From Moniliella sp. 'wahieum' (Eukaryota): DNA of 64,000 bases. Below the pieces are notes generated by a model that was not told the DNA's origin, did not search any database, and was given only the letters and a program-made list of their open reading frames with translations. Shown here in pieces: positions 39,901 to 52,551 of the stretch; positions within the stretch are counted from its first letter, which is position 1, and each line of letters begins with the position of its first letter. A program made the position numbers and the translations under genes. The stretch spans positions 124,001-188,000 of the forward strand of contig RSEE01000100.1 in the NCBI GenBank assembly GCA_003971905.1, written 5' to 3'.

Positions 39901-40202
39901 CCAGGTAGTATGTTGCTGAGCCTCGCGTAGTACGATGGGGTGGCCCTGTTGGAGGACCTTGTGGACGACGATCATTGCCTTGAACGTTTGCACCTCCTCA
40001 CCCAGGATGGGCTGGACACGGAGCCCCGTCCAAAACGCAACCGAGGTGTGGTAGTCCCAGGTGTAGACGATGCACTTGCGAACGTGCTTCTGCTTGGGGG
40101 AGGTTCTTCGGGGCTGCATGCCTTTTTGATGTGCATGCCCAGGTCGGCCTCGGCGCGCTCGCGGTCGACGGGCCGCGAGGGCAGGTGGTCGCCGATGGCC
40201 AT
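36991..40202 (-). CDS. SLA2: Endocytic adaptor Sla2/End4 (ANTH domain, coiled coil, I/LWEQ talin-like domain); intron 39638-39713
   Basis: PKQKHVRKCIVYTWDY..EVQTFKAMIVVHKVLQQGHP (ANTH); KYEALAKLYSQLRAEHL; FYKKNNRWTEGLISAARAVA..EQLVVASNEVAA..FKVKEMEQQVEVLKLEKELTLARRKLGAMRRAGY. Confidence 0.95.
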
Positions 40203-41097
40203 GGTGGGCAGGTGGGGTGGAAGGCGGACGAGGAGACGGAGGGGAGGAGACGAGGTGGTGGCCGCGTGTGCGCCTTGGTGGGCCGGGGTGATATGATAGA
40301 GGTCAACACGGTGCATTCCGTGAGGGCATCGGGTACATAGCCGCCGGCGGCAGTGACGAGTACCTGGCAACTAGTGAAGAGGGCAGCTTCCAGCATCCGG
40401 TCCAAGCTTCATGGGGCAAGTGCTGGGCAGGGCGCTGCTGCTGAGATCTCAGCCAAATCGCCGGGCTCCAGCGACGACGGGCACCAGCGCACCCACGCGC
40501 TCGTCACAGATATGCGTTCCCATCGTTGTGCTGGCCTGGCCAGGTGGCCTGGGTGGGTGCGGGCGAATGGAGGCGATGGATGATGTCAGACTTGAGTCCG
40601 AAGCACATGCCCAGAGGCGCCGGGGCAGGCTGTGGGTGTGTCTCGTGTCTGTCACACTGTCACCTGGGCCGGCGAACGCGGAGCATAGCCAGGCGTGGCC
40701 AAGGGGGAGGCCGATGGCGGCCGCGCATCCTAGGCTGCTGAAGGCAGCCGCGTGGTGGTGGTGGGGGGGGGGGGGCGGGGGCGGGGGTCGGCCGAGGCGG
40801 AGGGGGGCGGGTGGATGCTGCCGGCGGGGGAGCGAGGGGAGCGAGGGAGGTGCGTGAGGGTTGAGGCTGAGGGCGTGGCCGTCCTGGCTGCCCACAGCCG
40901 GCCATGACACATGGCGTCCATCGATGCGCTGGGATGCAATTGCACATTTCAACCCCCCGTGCAGCCTGCAACTTTCACTGCGTGCTCGAACCAGCACTTG
41001 CACCGAGCAGCGTCCGTCCGCCTCCCGCGCCCCATCCCGCCCACTCGGCGGCCCCCACCACCCACACCTGCCCCCCTGCCCCCGCCGCCGCCGCGCC

Positions 41098-41459
41098 ATG
41101 TCGTCGCCCCTGCGTCTGCGTCCTGTGGTGGGCATCGGCAGCGCCAGCTGCTGCACCGTCCTCAGCTCCTTTGGCGTTGTCTTTCTCGCCGTCATTGGCT
41201 GGGGGTACGACCACGACTGGGAAGGTACGTCCCCATCCCATCCCCCCCCGTCTGCACGCGCCTTCGCCCTCTCTGCTGACCTTGCCTCGCCTCTCGTCCT
41301 GGCATACGACCAGCCTTCATGGGCTCCACCTCCGACCCCAAAGATGGGCATGCTGTTGCGCACACATGCTACACCGTCGCCTTCATCTACGCCTGCTTCC
41401 TCGCCTTTTGCATGTGCCAAATCGGGGTCAACAAGCGCTACAGCCGCGTCCAGATCTGA
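41098..41459 (+). CDS. V-ATPase V0 subunit f / RNASEK-family small two-TM protein; intron 41225-41313
   Basis: The spliced product MSSPLRLRPVVGIGSASCCTVLSSFGVVFLAVIGWGYDHDWEAFMGSTSDPKDGHAVAHTCYTVAFIYACFLAFCMCQIGVNKRYSRVQI* matches the fungal YPR170W-B/RNASEK pattern (CTVLS.FG..L, MGS..DP.DG.AVA). Confidence 0.85.
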
Positions 41460-42006
41460 GGTGCGAGAGGGGACGCGCCCTAGTCTGCATCCTACCCTAC
41501 CGTAATTCATACTTTCGACCACCTCCTCCACGACATATGGACCGGGGACAAGCCAACGTCCCTCCTTTCTATTCTTTGCTCTTTCCCCCTTGCCCCCCCT
41601 TTCGGCTGCATCGATCCGCGATCCTCCGACATGAGTGCACGGGACGGTCGCTCAATGGAGCCTGACCAGCTGGGTTCACTGCAGCTTTCTTTTTCTACCA
41701 TGGGCTTCATGTGCATCCTTTCCTTACACAGTACAGCTCGAGGTTTCGGCGGGAACACATTTGATAGTGACGCGACGACGGGAACAGCGTCTTTAAACCA
41801 GACAGAAGAAAACATACAACAATTACAGAAAGGGGGGGGGGGGGTTCTTCGCCACTGTTAGTTCAGCGCGCGGGGGAGAAACGGAGAGAGAGAGAGAGGC
41901 GAAGAGAGAAAAAAAGAGAAAGGAAAACATATACCCAACCAAATACTAGTAGCCCATAGCTGCACAACCACGATATGCACCACACGGATTCAACTTCCGC
42001 CGCTCT

Positions 42007-44614
42007 TTACGCGGTTAGTACCGTCCCCTCTTGACCGTTACGTGTGACGATGGGAACAGCCAGAAGGGTGGTAACGTGCCCGCCCAACGCCGGCAGAGAG
42101 GCCGTACGCCCGTCTCTCCCCACGCTTGCAAGTCTACATCCCGTTGCGTCACAGCCCACAGGAATTACTCATCTCCCCACTTGCCCCGGGAGCGGATCGA
42201 GCGGGACATCGATCAACCGGGTGTGCAGCACCCGTTTCATCTCAGTTTCGTTCCCCCCTGCACCGGGAGCCAAGTAAGACTAGTGGCGGCCCAGGTGGGC
42301 AGACGGATATGAGAAAAGGCGCCTGGCGGGAGCGGGGAAGGGAGGTGGAGCGGCGGTTCAGAAGGTACCTCGGTCCAGGTGGAGGGTCGTCCAAGAGAGG
42401 GAGGAAGGAGAGGTCGACCGGATGGGTAGGCTTGGCAGCTGGCTGGAGCTGGGTCGGTGATGCGGGGAGATGCTTCGTCGTCGTCGCGTTCACCTCTCTT
42501 CCGGCGGGAGAGAAACCAGGACCACGTCAGGCCAAAGGGCATGGAGTTGGATGTCACCGGGTCGAGTTCGGCGGGCAGGTGAATTTCAGCGGTAAAGTCG
42601 GCGGTGACGGTGAGCTTGTGTGGGCCAATGATGCCGGAGAGAGACGTTATGAAACGCTGGGTTCTGCACTAGTTCCGGTAGATTCATCAGGGCGTCGCTT
42701 GGTCCGGGATGACCTGGGCGCGGAAGGAGGTTAGCCAGCGGGGCCAGGTCCAGCGCGTACTCGACTTTCTTCCAGATGGAGCAGAGCCAAGAAGGCACCT
42801 GCATCCCCAGCTCGGCTCGTGCACAGCATCGCCTCCCCGGACAAGAAGCGGACTGGTAGACCTTGGAGCCATCCAGCCAAAAAGGCATCCAGTGCGTCCC
42901 CCGCATCCGGAGGTCCATGTCGTCCATGTCGGACAAGGGACGAATCTGCCCCTGCAATGTGACAAGTGTCGAGCCATTGCTCAAGCTAAACGGGAGCAAC
43001 TCCATTGTGGCCAATCTGTGGGCGGGACTTGAATCGAGCCAACCTTGCGCGAGGGAAGATCGAGCTCGATCGGGACGGTGAAGGGCCAGTCGATCTCGAA
43101 CGGGGCAAAGATTGCACTGGATACGTGCACTGCCACTTTCCATCCGATCCCGCCTCGACTGACCACAGGGGCTCCGTCTCTGCTCCTTCCTGGCCAAAGA
43201 AAGCGGGCTAAACGACGCAGAGGAAAGCTGTACCTTGAAGTGATTTCCCCACTGATCCCACCATCCCCCGGACGGGTCGTCATGACTGCCACTGCCGCTC
43301 CCATCGTCCGGGCCAGAAATACCAGAAAAGCAACGGAGCGCACGCAACAAAGGCGCACTCACCCTGAACTCCACCGGGCCATGGGTACCATGCACCCAAG
43401 TTGACAAGTGACCGATCCGCTTCAGTGGCCAACCAGGGGGGCCTTGAGGCGTCCGGGAGCAAGGGCCATTGCTGGACAGCCTTGGCGGCTTCCGTTATGG
43501 AAAGGGCAGCGAGGGATACGTTGGAAACGTGCACTCCGCCCTGAGCCGCTGGTCATATCCGGGGAAGAGTGGGGTCGACACGATCCGGCTCAGGTTCCTC
43601 TGCCGTCGAACTTTGTTTCGGAGAGAGGCACGACGTGGGCCTTGATGTGCACAGGGTACAGAGCCACATCTTCCCCCACCCCCGACCTGGAGGAAGGGAA
43701 CCACAAGAGACCACGCCTTCTACTGGGCGGAGCGGGACGAGACCGGGTCAAAGGTAATGTCAAACATGCCCTCCATCAAGGGGAGGGGAAAAGGGCAGTC
43801 TGAGACAGCATCGACCACATGCTGATGCACAATTGATTCTGCTTCCAAAGCACCACCAGTCGTAGCCGCCGTAGCAGGGCAGACGCTGTCCATGATGGGG
43901 TCCAACTTGAATTCAGGCAAGGAAGAGGGGGGCCAAGCTTGGGCTTGGTTGACTCTGGTGGGACCGAGCTGGAGCTGAATGGCGTGCACTTGTCGGATCC
44001 CAGCATGGACGAGGAGGAGGCCCACGTATCGGTAAGAGCAGAGAGGGCGTTGCACCAACTGGGATACCTGGGGCGGCACCGGATTGCCACCAAGGCAGGC
44101 CACACTGCTCCTCCACCAAACCCGAGGCCTGGGCTGCCGCCATCCACTCGTCGGCGGCATTGTGGAGATCCACGCCCATACAGACCTGGGTGTACACGTC
44201 CATGGTGTCATCGGTCCGTTTCTTAATCTGCACCCGCACGGGGGTGGGCTTATCGCTGGGGGCGTCAGGGTTGGCCAAGTCGCCACCGACCAAGAGCGCG
44301 CGACGGGCAATGGCCTCCTGTTCGGCCTGCGGGGGCTGAGCCCGTAGCGAGTCAAGCAGAAGCAGAACCACGATCACAGCAGCAAAGATAGCCACGAAAC
44401 CAAGTGCGGTGACCGCAAGCAAGACAGCGGCGAGCTTGCGGGTGCGTGTGCCACGGCGGGCCCAGGCAGGCAGCCACGGGGACGGCTTGGCGACGAGAAG
44501 AAGAGGTGGGGGCTGCGCTCCATCGCTCCCGTGTGCCTCCACGTCGGCGGAAGGAGGAGGAGGAGACGAGGGGGGGCAGCAGCATGCTGCGGCGGCCGGC
44601 ATCGGCTGGGCCAT
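42007..44614 (-). CDS. Large type II single-pass membrane protein of unknown function (possibly Tag1/DUF3712-like); 3' end approximate
   Basis: A short N-terminus and one strong TM segment (LAAVLLAVTALGFVAIFAAVIVVLLLL), followed by ~2.3 kb of minus-strand ORF pieces joinable across indels. Confidence 0.55.
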
Positions 44615-44906
44615 GGTTGTCTGTTGCTAGCAGAGGGGCTGGCTGATACGATGGCGGTGATGTGCTGAAAAAACAATATTGCCGGAGAGCGAATGAAGCT
44701 AACAAGGTTTTAACCGTGCCTGATTTCACTCACCGGTCACCTTCTTCCGCCCTGAGATCTTTGTCTGAGAGCCAACACCAACGCCGACGGCCACGGCGCC
44801 GCCACCATCCGCTTCGGGACACATTGCTTGCCGCCCTGGCTGCCTCCGGTTCATCCCCCTCGCTATCACGCCCGCTCTTCGCCCCCTGCTCCACGACTGC
44901 TGGGCC

Positions 44907-46275
44907 ATGCCCAAGCTGCGGGTGCTCCTCGCCTCCGTTCTCACCGCGAGCCCCAGCCTCGGCTTACGGCTTGGTCCCCGTCATCTGGCTCGGCCAATCG
45001 CTTTCCCCCTCCCCTCCCTGTGCCCTCGACCTTGCGCTCGCTCACCACTTGCTCCCCTACCCACGCTGTCTCCAACTCCTCCCGCCGCCCACCCCGTCCG
45101 CAATGGACCCACCTCGGTCCGGGCCTGGAGCGGGACGGGCCTGTCGTCGTCGAAGCAAACGTTGCTGCTCGCTGCACGGTGGTGGACCACGATGGCCACA
45201 GCCGTGTGGTCAGTGGCGACTTTCTCAAGGCGGCGCTGTGTGCTGCGCATGGGCTGGAAGTGCGTGACTTGCGGAAAATCGATTCGCGCGTGCCCAACGT
45301 TGTGCCTACCATCCTCGTTCGTCGAGGCGCATTCCTCGTGAATATGTTGCACATCCGTGCGCTCGTCAAGCACGATACGGTCCTCCTGTTTGATGGGTTC
45401 GTACCCTCCCGCTCTCCTCCCTGGTCTCCTCCTAGTCTCTCTCCCACTTGATGTTTCCTGTTGCTGACTGGCACGTATGCGCACCGATAGTTACGGATCG
45501 TCCAACAGCCAGCTGCACAATGCCTTCGTTCACAACCTCGAACACAACCTTCGCCTTGCGCCTAGCTCCGCCAGCCACGCAAGTTCGTTGACGGGAGCTG
45601 CGCTGCCGTACGAGTTTCGTGCGCTCGAGTCGATCCTTGCGTCTGTGTTGGAAGCGTTGCAGATCGAGCTGGAGGGGGTACGACAGTTGGTTCTCGAGCT
45701 GCTCATCTTGCTTGACCAACAAATCGATCGGGACAAGCGTACGCTACTGGCGTGGACGCAAAGTGGGGGACTTGTTATCGCGCGCGCGTGGGGTGAAAGG
45801 GGCGGTGGTGGAGGTGCTGGAGAGTGATGAGGATATGGCTTTGATGCATCTGAGCGATGCGGCGCAAGGCCAGCCGCGTACGCCGGAGAGTTTGGCGTGG
45901 CAGTACGATGCGCTGGAGTTGATGTTGGAGTCGGTGGACAAGCAGTTGGAAGAGGTGATTTCCCACACGGACCAAATGCAAGATACGATTGACAGTTCGC
46001 AAGAGATTGTGGAACTGTTGCTGGATGCGAATCGGAACCAACTGTTGGCGATGGAGTTGCGCACGTCCATGTTGACTATGGGCGCATCGGCCGCAACGTT
46101 GATTGCAGCCTTGTTTGGGATGAACTTAACCTCCGGCTTGGAGGAAGAGGTGCACAGTTTCTTGGCCGTCTGTGCTGCAGCGAGTGTCGTGGCAGGCGCA
46201 GTGTGCCTCGCGGGCATCCGTCGCATCCGCAACATCCAACGCGTCGGACTGGGCCGAACGGCACTCGCTCCTTAG
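44907..46275 (+). CDS. MRS2: Mitochondrial Mg2+ channel, CorA/MRS2 family (copy B); intron ~45396-45490
   Basis: Presequence-like start, then GLEVRDLRKIDSRVPNVVPTILVRRGAFLVNMLHIRALVKHDTVLLFDG|YG..LPYEFRALESIL..QEIVELLLDANRNQLL..LFGMNL (GMN motif), ending IQRVGLGRTALAP*. Confidence 0.9.
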
Positions 46276-46503
46276 GCCCCGTGCCAGCCAGTATCCACCC
46301 TTTCGCACCTCCCAACGCTACCCCCTCCCCTTGCCCTTGCCCTTCCCCCCTCCCCTCCCCTCCTCCTCCTCCTCCTCCCTCGCATCCCTAGTCTACTTGT
46401 ATTGATACCATTTGCATATCCTATGGCCATCTACCTCGTTGTACCCTCCCAAAAAAGAGCAAGACAGAGGGGAGCGTGGCGTAATTGATGAGTTACTGCA
46501 ACC

Positions 46504-49500
46504 TCAACAAGATCTAGACCCCGAAGGATGTGCAACTGCAACCCCGGTGGCACCATGGTCTTTCTCACCACCGCCTAGTTCCCAGAGTCCATCGGCACTG
46601 GGCCCAAGACCGGATCGAAACGGTAACGCTGCAGCTGAGAGGGCTGAGAACCAGAAGGTTGAGAACGAGGAGGCTGAGACCGGAAGTTGAGAACCGGAAA
46701 GTTGAGACCCGGAAAGTTGAGATCCGGAAAGTTGAGATCCGGAAAGTTGAGACCCGGAAAGTTGAGAACCGGAAAGTTGAGTACCAGAACCGGCAAAGGG
46801 AAGACCGGGAGGTTGAAACCCGGGAGGGAGACTGGGGAGGACCAGGTTCTGTGGCCGCTCACCCTCACGCGCAACCTCATGCGCAACCTCACGTGGCACA
46901 GAAGCGACCAGAGGGCGAACGAGAGAGCAGTAGGGCGAACTTGGGTGGGATGATGCAGATGTCCAGGTTGACCCGGTTGCCCAGGTTGTCCAAATTGACC
47001 AACTTGCCCCTTGCCCCACTTGCCCCTTGACTTGCCCAGAGTGGCTAGACTGCCCAGACGGCGCAGCTTGCCCAGGCCAAGCGGACAACCGACCCACCCC
47101 CCTGCCCCTCGACCCCGACGCGCGCGACACACCCGACCCCAGTCTACCGACGCCCCAGCCGCGACGGGGACCGAGGGCGAAGGGGAACGCCCACATTCTC
47201 CTGGGGATCCACCAAGCTACGTGTCGAGCCGGTAGGCGTCGTAGCGTCGTTGTGCTACCTGCTGAGCCACCGTCTGAGGCATCGCAGCCATCATAGCCAT
47301 CAAATCGGGTACCGAGCCGGGTACCGAGTTGGGCACTAGGTCGGGCGCAACTCGGACGCAACCTCGGGCGCCATATCGGGCTATATCGGGCACCACGGGT
47401 GCGATCTCGGGTACCCCCTCGGACGCCCATCGGGACCTCGGGGACCACCTGGCCCGCCGGGTTTGGGTCGGGCGTAAGCTCGAGCGGGGCAAACGGAGCG
47501 AAGTGAGAATGGGAACCCGAGTCCGACCTGACCCCGACCCGACCTCGAACCTGCACCTGAACCTGAGCCTGAGGCTGAACCAGGCGGGGCCGGGGCGGCG
47601 GCGGACACGGGACGGAGGAAGGAGAGGCGAGGCGGGGGGGGAGGACCAGCGAGGCGGACCTTGTGGGCGGTCGGGGAGGATGGGAGGGTAAGAGGGGGGG
47701 GTGGGAGGCGCGAAGGGTGGGTGGGCAGGGTCGATTAGGGACGACCAGGGCAGGTGGAGGTGGAGGTGGAGGTGGAGCCGCCAGATGGGTGGAGGAGCAA
47801 GGGGAGGAGAGGAGTGGAGGAGCAAGAGGAGGGAGAGGGAGAGGTTTGGAGCGGGGCTGTGGGCGGGGCAGGGTGAACGCTGTTCGATCGGGATCGGTGA
47901 TCCCCGTGCGGGCGGGGCGGCGCGGGCCAAGGGCGCTCGCGACAGAGAGGAAAGGGAGGAGGGAAGAGAGGGGAGGAAGGTGTAGTGTGTCGTGCGGAGG
48001 TAAGGTGCGGCAGGGCGAATGGGTCAGGCACCAAGGAGGAGGCGCTAAGGCGACCGGTCCAAATGGATGGGTGTACGTGTCGTACGACTCGGAGGTGGAC
48101 GTAGACGTCGACGTCGACGTCGAGGTTGGTGTCGACGTACACACAGACGTAGACGTAGACACCGATGCCGAAGCAGATACCGATGCGGTCGCAGACGAAA
48201 CCGAAACCAGTGAGGTGCGTGTGCCGGGTGGGTTCAAGCTCGATCGAGGGAGCGGCGGTAAGCCGAGGAAAACGTATGTCGGTCCCAGGTTGGTCGGGTT
48301 GGTGGATCTACTAGGGGCGTACGGTAGCTGCCGCCGACCCAGTCGGTTTCGGCCACCATTCTTCCCGATCAAACACGTGCCGCAACAAATCTTCGTCCGT
48401 GGTGGTGCGTCTTCTTTGGGTGCGGAGGAGGTACGAGCGAGCGGCACGCCCCACTCATTCGGGGACGAAGGGCCAGATCCGGGCCACCATCGCCCCCGCA
48501 ACGACATTTGAGTTGGTTGGGTTGGTTGAGACGGTTGAGACGCTTGAGACGGGTGAGTTGGTTGAGGCTGGGGTCGGCACTAGGGCTGCGCCAGTGCCCC
48601 CAGGTCGGCATGGTGCGTGGTGATCGGTCTTCTGGCGTGTCCACCCGGCCCGGGGGCAAGGTGGGCGAACCGAAGAGCGGGCTGCGATAGGTGGGTGAGG
48701 CATAGGAAGTGTGTAGGAGCGGTAGGGAACAAGCCTGCGCAGCCAACGTATCGGAGGACCGGACGGATGCGGCGGAGGAGCCCCTTGATGGGCCGGGTGG
48801 GGCAATGGGGGTGGAGGGAGGTCGGTCCGAAGGAGGTTCGGTCCGAAGGAGGTCGGTCCGAAAGAGGTCGTTCCGAAAGAGGTCGTTCCGAAAGAGGTCG
48901 TCCGAAGGAGGTCGGTCCCAGGGGGAAGGCCAAGGACTCGGGTCTCTCGTCTCCCTTGAAGCAGCCTCTTCGTCAGGTGGTAAAGAGTTCATAGCAGCGC
49001 GCATGGCAGGTCAAGTATGCTCTCCGTCAGAGGATACTTTTCTTCTCCTCTGTTCAGTGCTGCGACGATCTCGCCTCCGTTCGGCGCGGGCTTGAGCCGC
49101 AGCCTGTGGGTCGTACACCAACCCATCTCCCGGACGAAGCAGCGCACCAGGCTCATGAGCAATGGACAGCACGTCCAATACGATTGACCGCGCTCGGCGG
49201 AACCGAGGGGGGAAGTAGAGGTAAGGTCGGGCGGTGCCGACCGAGCCTCTTCCAAGCTTGACCCCAACTCGTATCCCTCACTACGCGAGAGGGGAGAGAA
49301 GGTATCGTCACACTTGACCTACGAACTTGGATGGGCACAAAAGCCAACATAGCCCAATCTTCAGGCACAGCCAACGACGGAGCGTTGCACGCTAAGCGTC
49401 CTGCTACTTGAGCCAAGCCCGCCAGAAACGTGCGCCAGCAAGAACCAACGGTTCCGCCGTTCCCCCACACTCCGGGCCATGTCCGTGACGATGATATGAA

Positions 49501-51600
49501 GACGGTGGGGCGGCAGTCGACCAGGCTCAGTTGGTGTGTCGGAAAGGTGCTGAGCTCGACGGAGCGTGGTGCCGCATGGGCATCGCAGCGGAGAAGATAA
49601 GCATGTTGAGCACGAGCCCACCGAGTCCCCACCCAGATGACGGGAAGAAGCCGAGGCAAGTGCTCTTCGGCACCACAGGCGGCCTCTAAGACATTGGCCA
49701 AAAGTGTGAGAACGTGGGACAGAAGCAGTTCCTCCACCTGCCGCAACTGACGGGCCGACTCCTCCTCTTCTTCCCCATGTGGTCTGGGCGGTCAGACGCT
49801 GCCGGGTGCGCCGCGCCATCCAAACAGCCGAGATACCCGAGACGAGCGTGTCAAGCAAATCGGTGTGGCGGGGAGGTGAGAAGCGAGACTACCTCCGCCC
49901 GGTTTGGAGCAACAACGCATCAAACTGAGCTTGAAGCGCTCCATCAAATCTCTTCTGGTCGTGCGAACTTCGTCAGACCGTCAGCCGCGTACGCTCTGCC
50001 GAGCAAGGGCTTGCAACAACTCTGCTACGTCGGCAGGGGCCAAGACGACTGCTACTGGCGCTGCGAACAAAAAATGGTCAACAATTCCGTTCTGGGTAGT
50101 TAGGCATACCAAGGGAGAAGAGAGGAGCAAAAACGTAGACGTACCCGAAGCAGACGGGCGTGGGTCTTAGGTCGTTCAAGCGGTTCAACAGCCGGGTCGA
50201 GCGCCTGCAGGAGCAGGGTAAATATGGCGTGGAGACCAAGTACCTCTGTCCGCCACTGCGCCTCGACGGAACCCGGGCTAGGTGGTCCCCTGGTTGTAGC
50301 GGGATTAGCCCCGCTGCGCTCCCGACGAGGAGGAAGGTACCGACGGAGGAGTGCCCAGCTATTGTTTTCAGCAAACTTGATTGCCAGCGGTTCCGGGCGC
50401 AGGGCGAGCTGGGCGCGGTAAAAAGCAGCCACGGCAGCCAAGGGGCCAGAGGAAGACGAAGACGAAGACGAAGGTAGACCCGACGAGAAAGGCGAGGCCG
50501 AAGAGGAGCCCGATAACTGCGATCGACGACCGCGTTTGTCCGGCATGGCGCCTTGGGCAGCCAGTGCGCCGAGTTGACTCCAAGCGCGACCAGAGGAAGG
50601 ATGGAGGAGATGGGCGGCGCGGTAGAGCGTGCCAGCCAATTCGGTGGGTGGGGGCACGGCCATTGGCTCAGGCGCTGTCGGCAGAGGGAGGGCGATCCTG
50701 GGCGGAGAGAAGGTGGGGTGCGGGAAGGAAGGATCGGCAAAGGGCGACTCCAGTGGGTCGGGGTATAATGGGTCGGAAAATTGGGGTGGGGAAGGCATAA
50801 CGGGCGGAGGCGGTGGGGGCGGTGACTTGGTTTCTGGAGCGTACGATAACGGTAAGGTTACCCCCTGACTTGCTGCGTACCGAGCCAGATCGCCCGTGCT
50901 GATCAACATGCGCGCCAAGATGCTACGGATGGGCTGGGTGGGGACGAGAAGCACGCGCTGCCCGAGTGGATGCGGTTTGGCGGGTGCCAAAAGTCCCTGG
51001 GAACGCAGTAGGAGGAGACCATGGGCAACATGGGCAGCATGCAACGTGCCTTGCTCTTCTTCCTCTGCCGGGTTGGTGGCGCATTCACACCGGGGCGGCG
51101 TCGGGTCCGTGCCCGCCACCGCAATCTGTGTACCAGCCGCTTCAGGCGCGGCAGCAGAAGAAACGTACATGGAAGGCTAAACCCATCGATCGTTTCAGCC
51201 ACGAGGCCGAGCCAAAAGGCCCACTCATCCAGTAAGAATTGGCGCAGATGCGCGCTGGCCGCTGGACGGGTCCGAGCAGCATCGCGAAGACGGGTGTAAA
51301 ACGCATAGGTCGTCTCGCTCCACAGATGGTCGGCCGCGGCAAGGCGAGCGGTAGGAGCGCGCGAGGGGATGGGTCGTCCCCCCTTGCACGGCGACGGTCG
51401 TCCGGGGTGGTGCTTCCGGACCGGGTGCGAGACGGTCCGCGCGCCGAGGCACCCGACACGGTGCGCTCGGGAGCCAAGAGGAGGCGTTTGAGGTTACGAC
51501 GGAGGAGCGTGCGTGCCGCCTCGACCTGGCCTGCGGGAGCATTCTGACGGGCGAGAAGTGCTTGGAGCTCGGTCTCTTGCGCCTGGGCAACACTCCACAT
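46504..51600 (-). CDS. Est1/Ebs1/SMG7-family protein (14-3-3-like TPR domain plus long low-complexity C-terminus); ends approximate
   Basis: ADHLWSETTYAFY..FLLDEWAFW..RMLISTGDLARY..LYRAAHLLHPSSGRAWSQLGALA..AVAAFYRAQLA matches the Est1 DNA/RNA-binding fold signature (GDLARY, P..G..xNQL). No PIN domain recognised. Confidence 0.7.
46676..46785. repeat. 15-bp minisatellite (GAGAHCCGGAAAGTT), about 7 copies
   Basis: Directly visible tandem units that encode SGSQL repeats on the minus strand. Confidence 0.9.
48817..48918. repeat. 15-bp minisatellite (GAGGTCGKTCCGAAR), about 7 copies
   Basis: Directly visible tandem units inside the Est1-like gene span. Confidence 0.85.
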
Positions 51601-52027
51601 GTCGGCGGGACGGTCGCGGGCGGGGGACTGGATGGCGACGCGCGCACGGGCCACGGCCGCGTTAGGCATGCGGGGACGAGGTGCGGCAGAGTAGGCGATG
51701 GTGCGAGACGTATGGCCGAGTGGGGCGAGCGGGAGATGGCGGACGGGGCGCGGGTAGATTTGCGCGGCGGGTGGGGCGCCAGGGGGGGGCAGGGCCGGGT
51801 GCGAGCAAACGGGCCAGATGGCGGTCAAGCTCTTCGAGCGACCCGGAGGGCGGCAGGGCGTCCGGGGCGTTTGGCGGAACGCGAGCAGCTGCGGCGGCGG
51901 ACGCGGCGGCGGTGGTGGTGCGCGTGGGGTGGGCCGAGTGCATGGCGAGCACGTGCGCTCAGGAGCGCGGGGGGCACGGGTGGGCACCGTGCACCGGGCC
52001 CAGGCGGGGACGCACGGGGGCAGCAGC

Positions 52028-52115
52028 GGTGGTGGTGGTGGTGGTGGTGGAGATGGAGATGGAGGTGGCGGTGGTGGAGATGGTGGTGGTGGTGGAGATG
52101 GAGGTGGAGGTGGAG
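52028..52115. repeat. (GGT)n/(GGAGAT)n compound microsatellite
   Basis: Visible trinucleotide and hexanucleotide runs between the Est1-like and LETM1 genes. Confidence 0.75.
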
Positions 52116-52551
52116 ACGGCGAGAGATGCGGTGGATGCGGACGGCCGGAAGACGCTGCGATGGGGGCGTACTGCGTGCTGCGTGCCTAGCTAGCTACACA
52201 CGCCACCCAGGCCAGGCCAGACAGCCAGCCCGCCTGCCTGATACACCGGCCACCCAGCACGGCGCCTGTGTCTCCCCTCGGCGCCTGGCCGCTGATCCAT
52301 CACCCACCGCCGTGCCTGTCACTGGCGCTGGTCGGCGACCCGTGAGTTTGTCATCCATCCTATCGCACCCATCCGCCGGCAGCACGCCAGCCGCACCGCC
52401 ATCAGCCCAGCCTGTCTTTGTCCACACCTCCATCTCCATCTCCATCTCACGGCTACCACCATCTCACCGATATCCGTTACCACTGCCAGTCCAATGCCAT
52501 GCTTATTATACGTAGCAAACCAGAGTGGTGTACACGCCGCCCGCGCGCCGG

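Noticed and set aside
46676..48918. Regular 15-bp repeats as a CRISPR-like array
   Set aside because: The units are head-to-tail with no unique spacers, the context is eukaryotic, and there are no cas genes. These are minisatellites.
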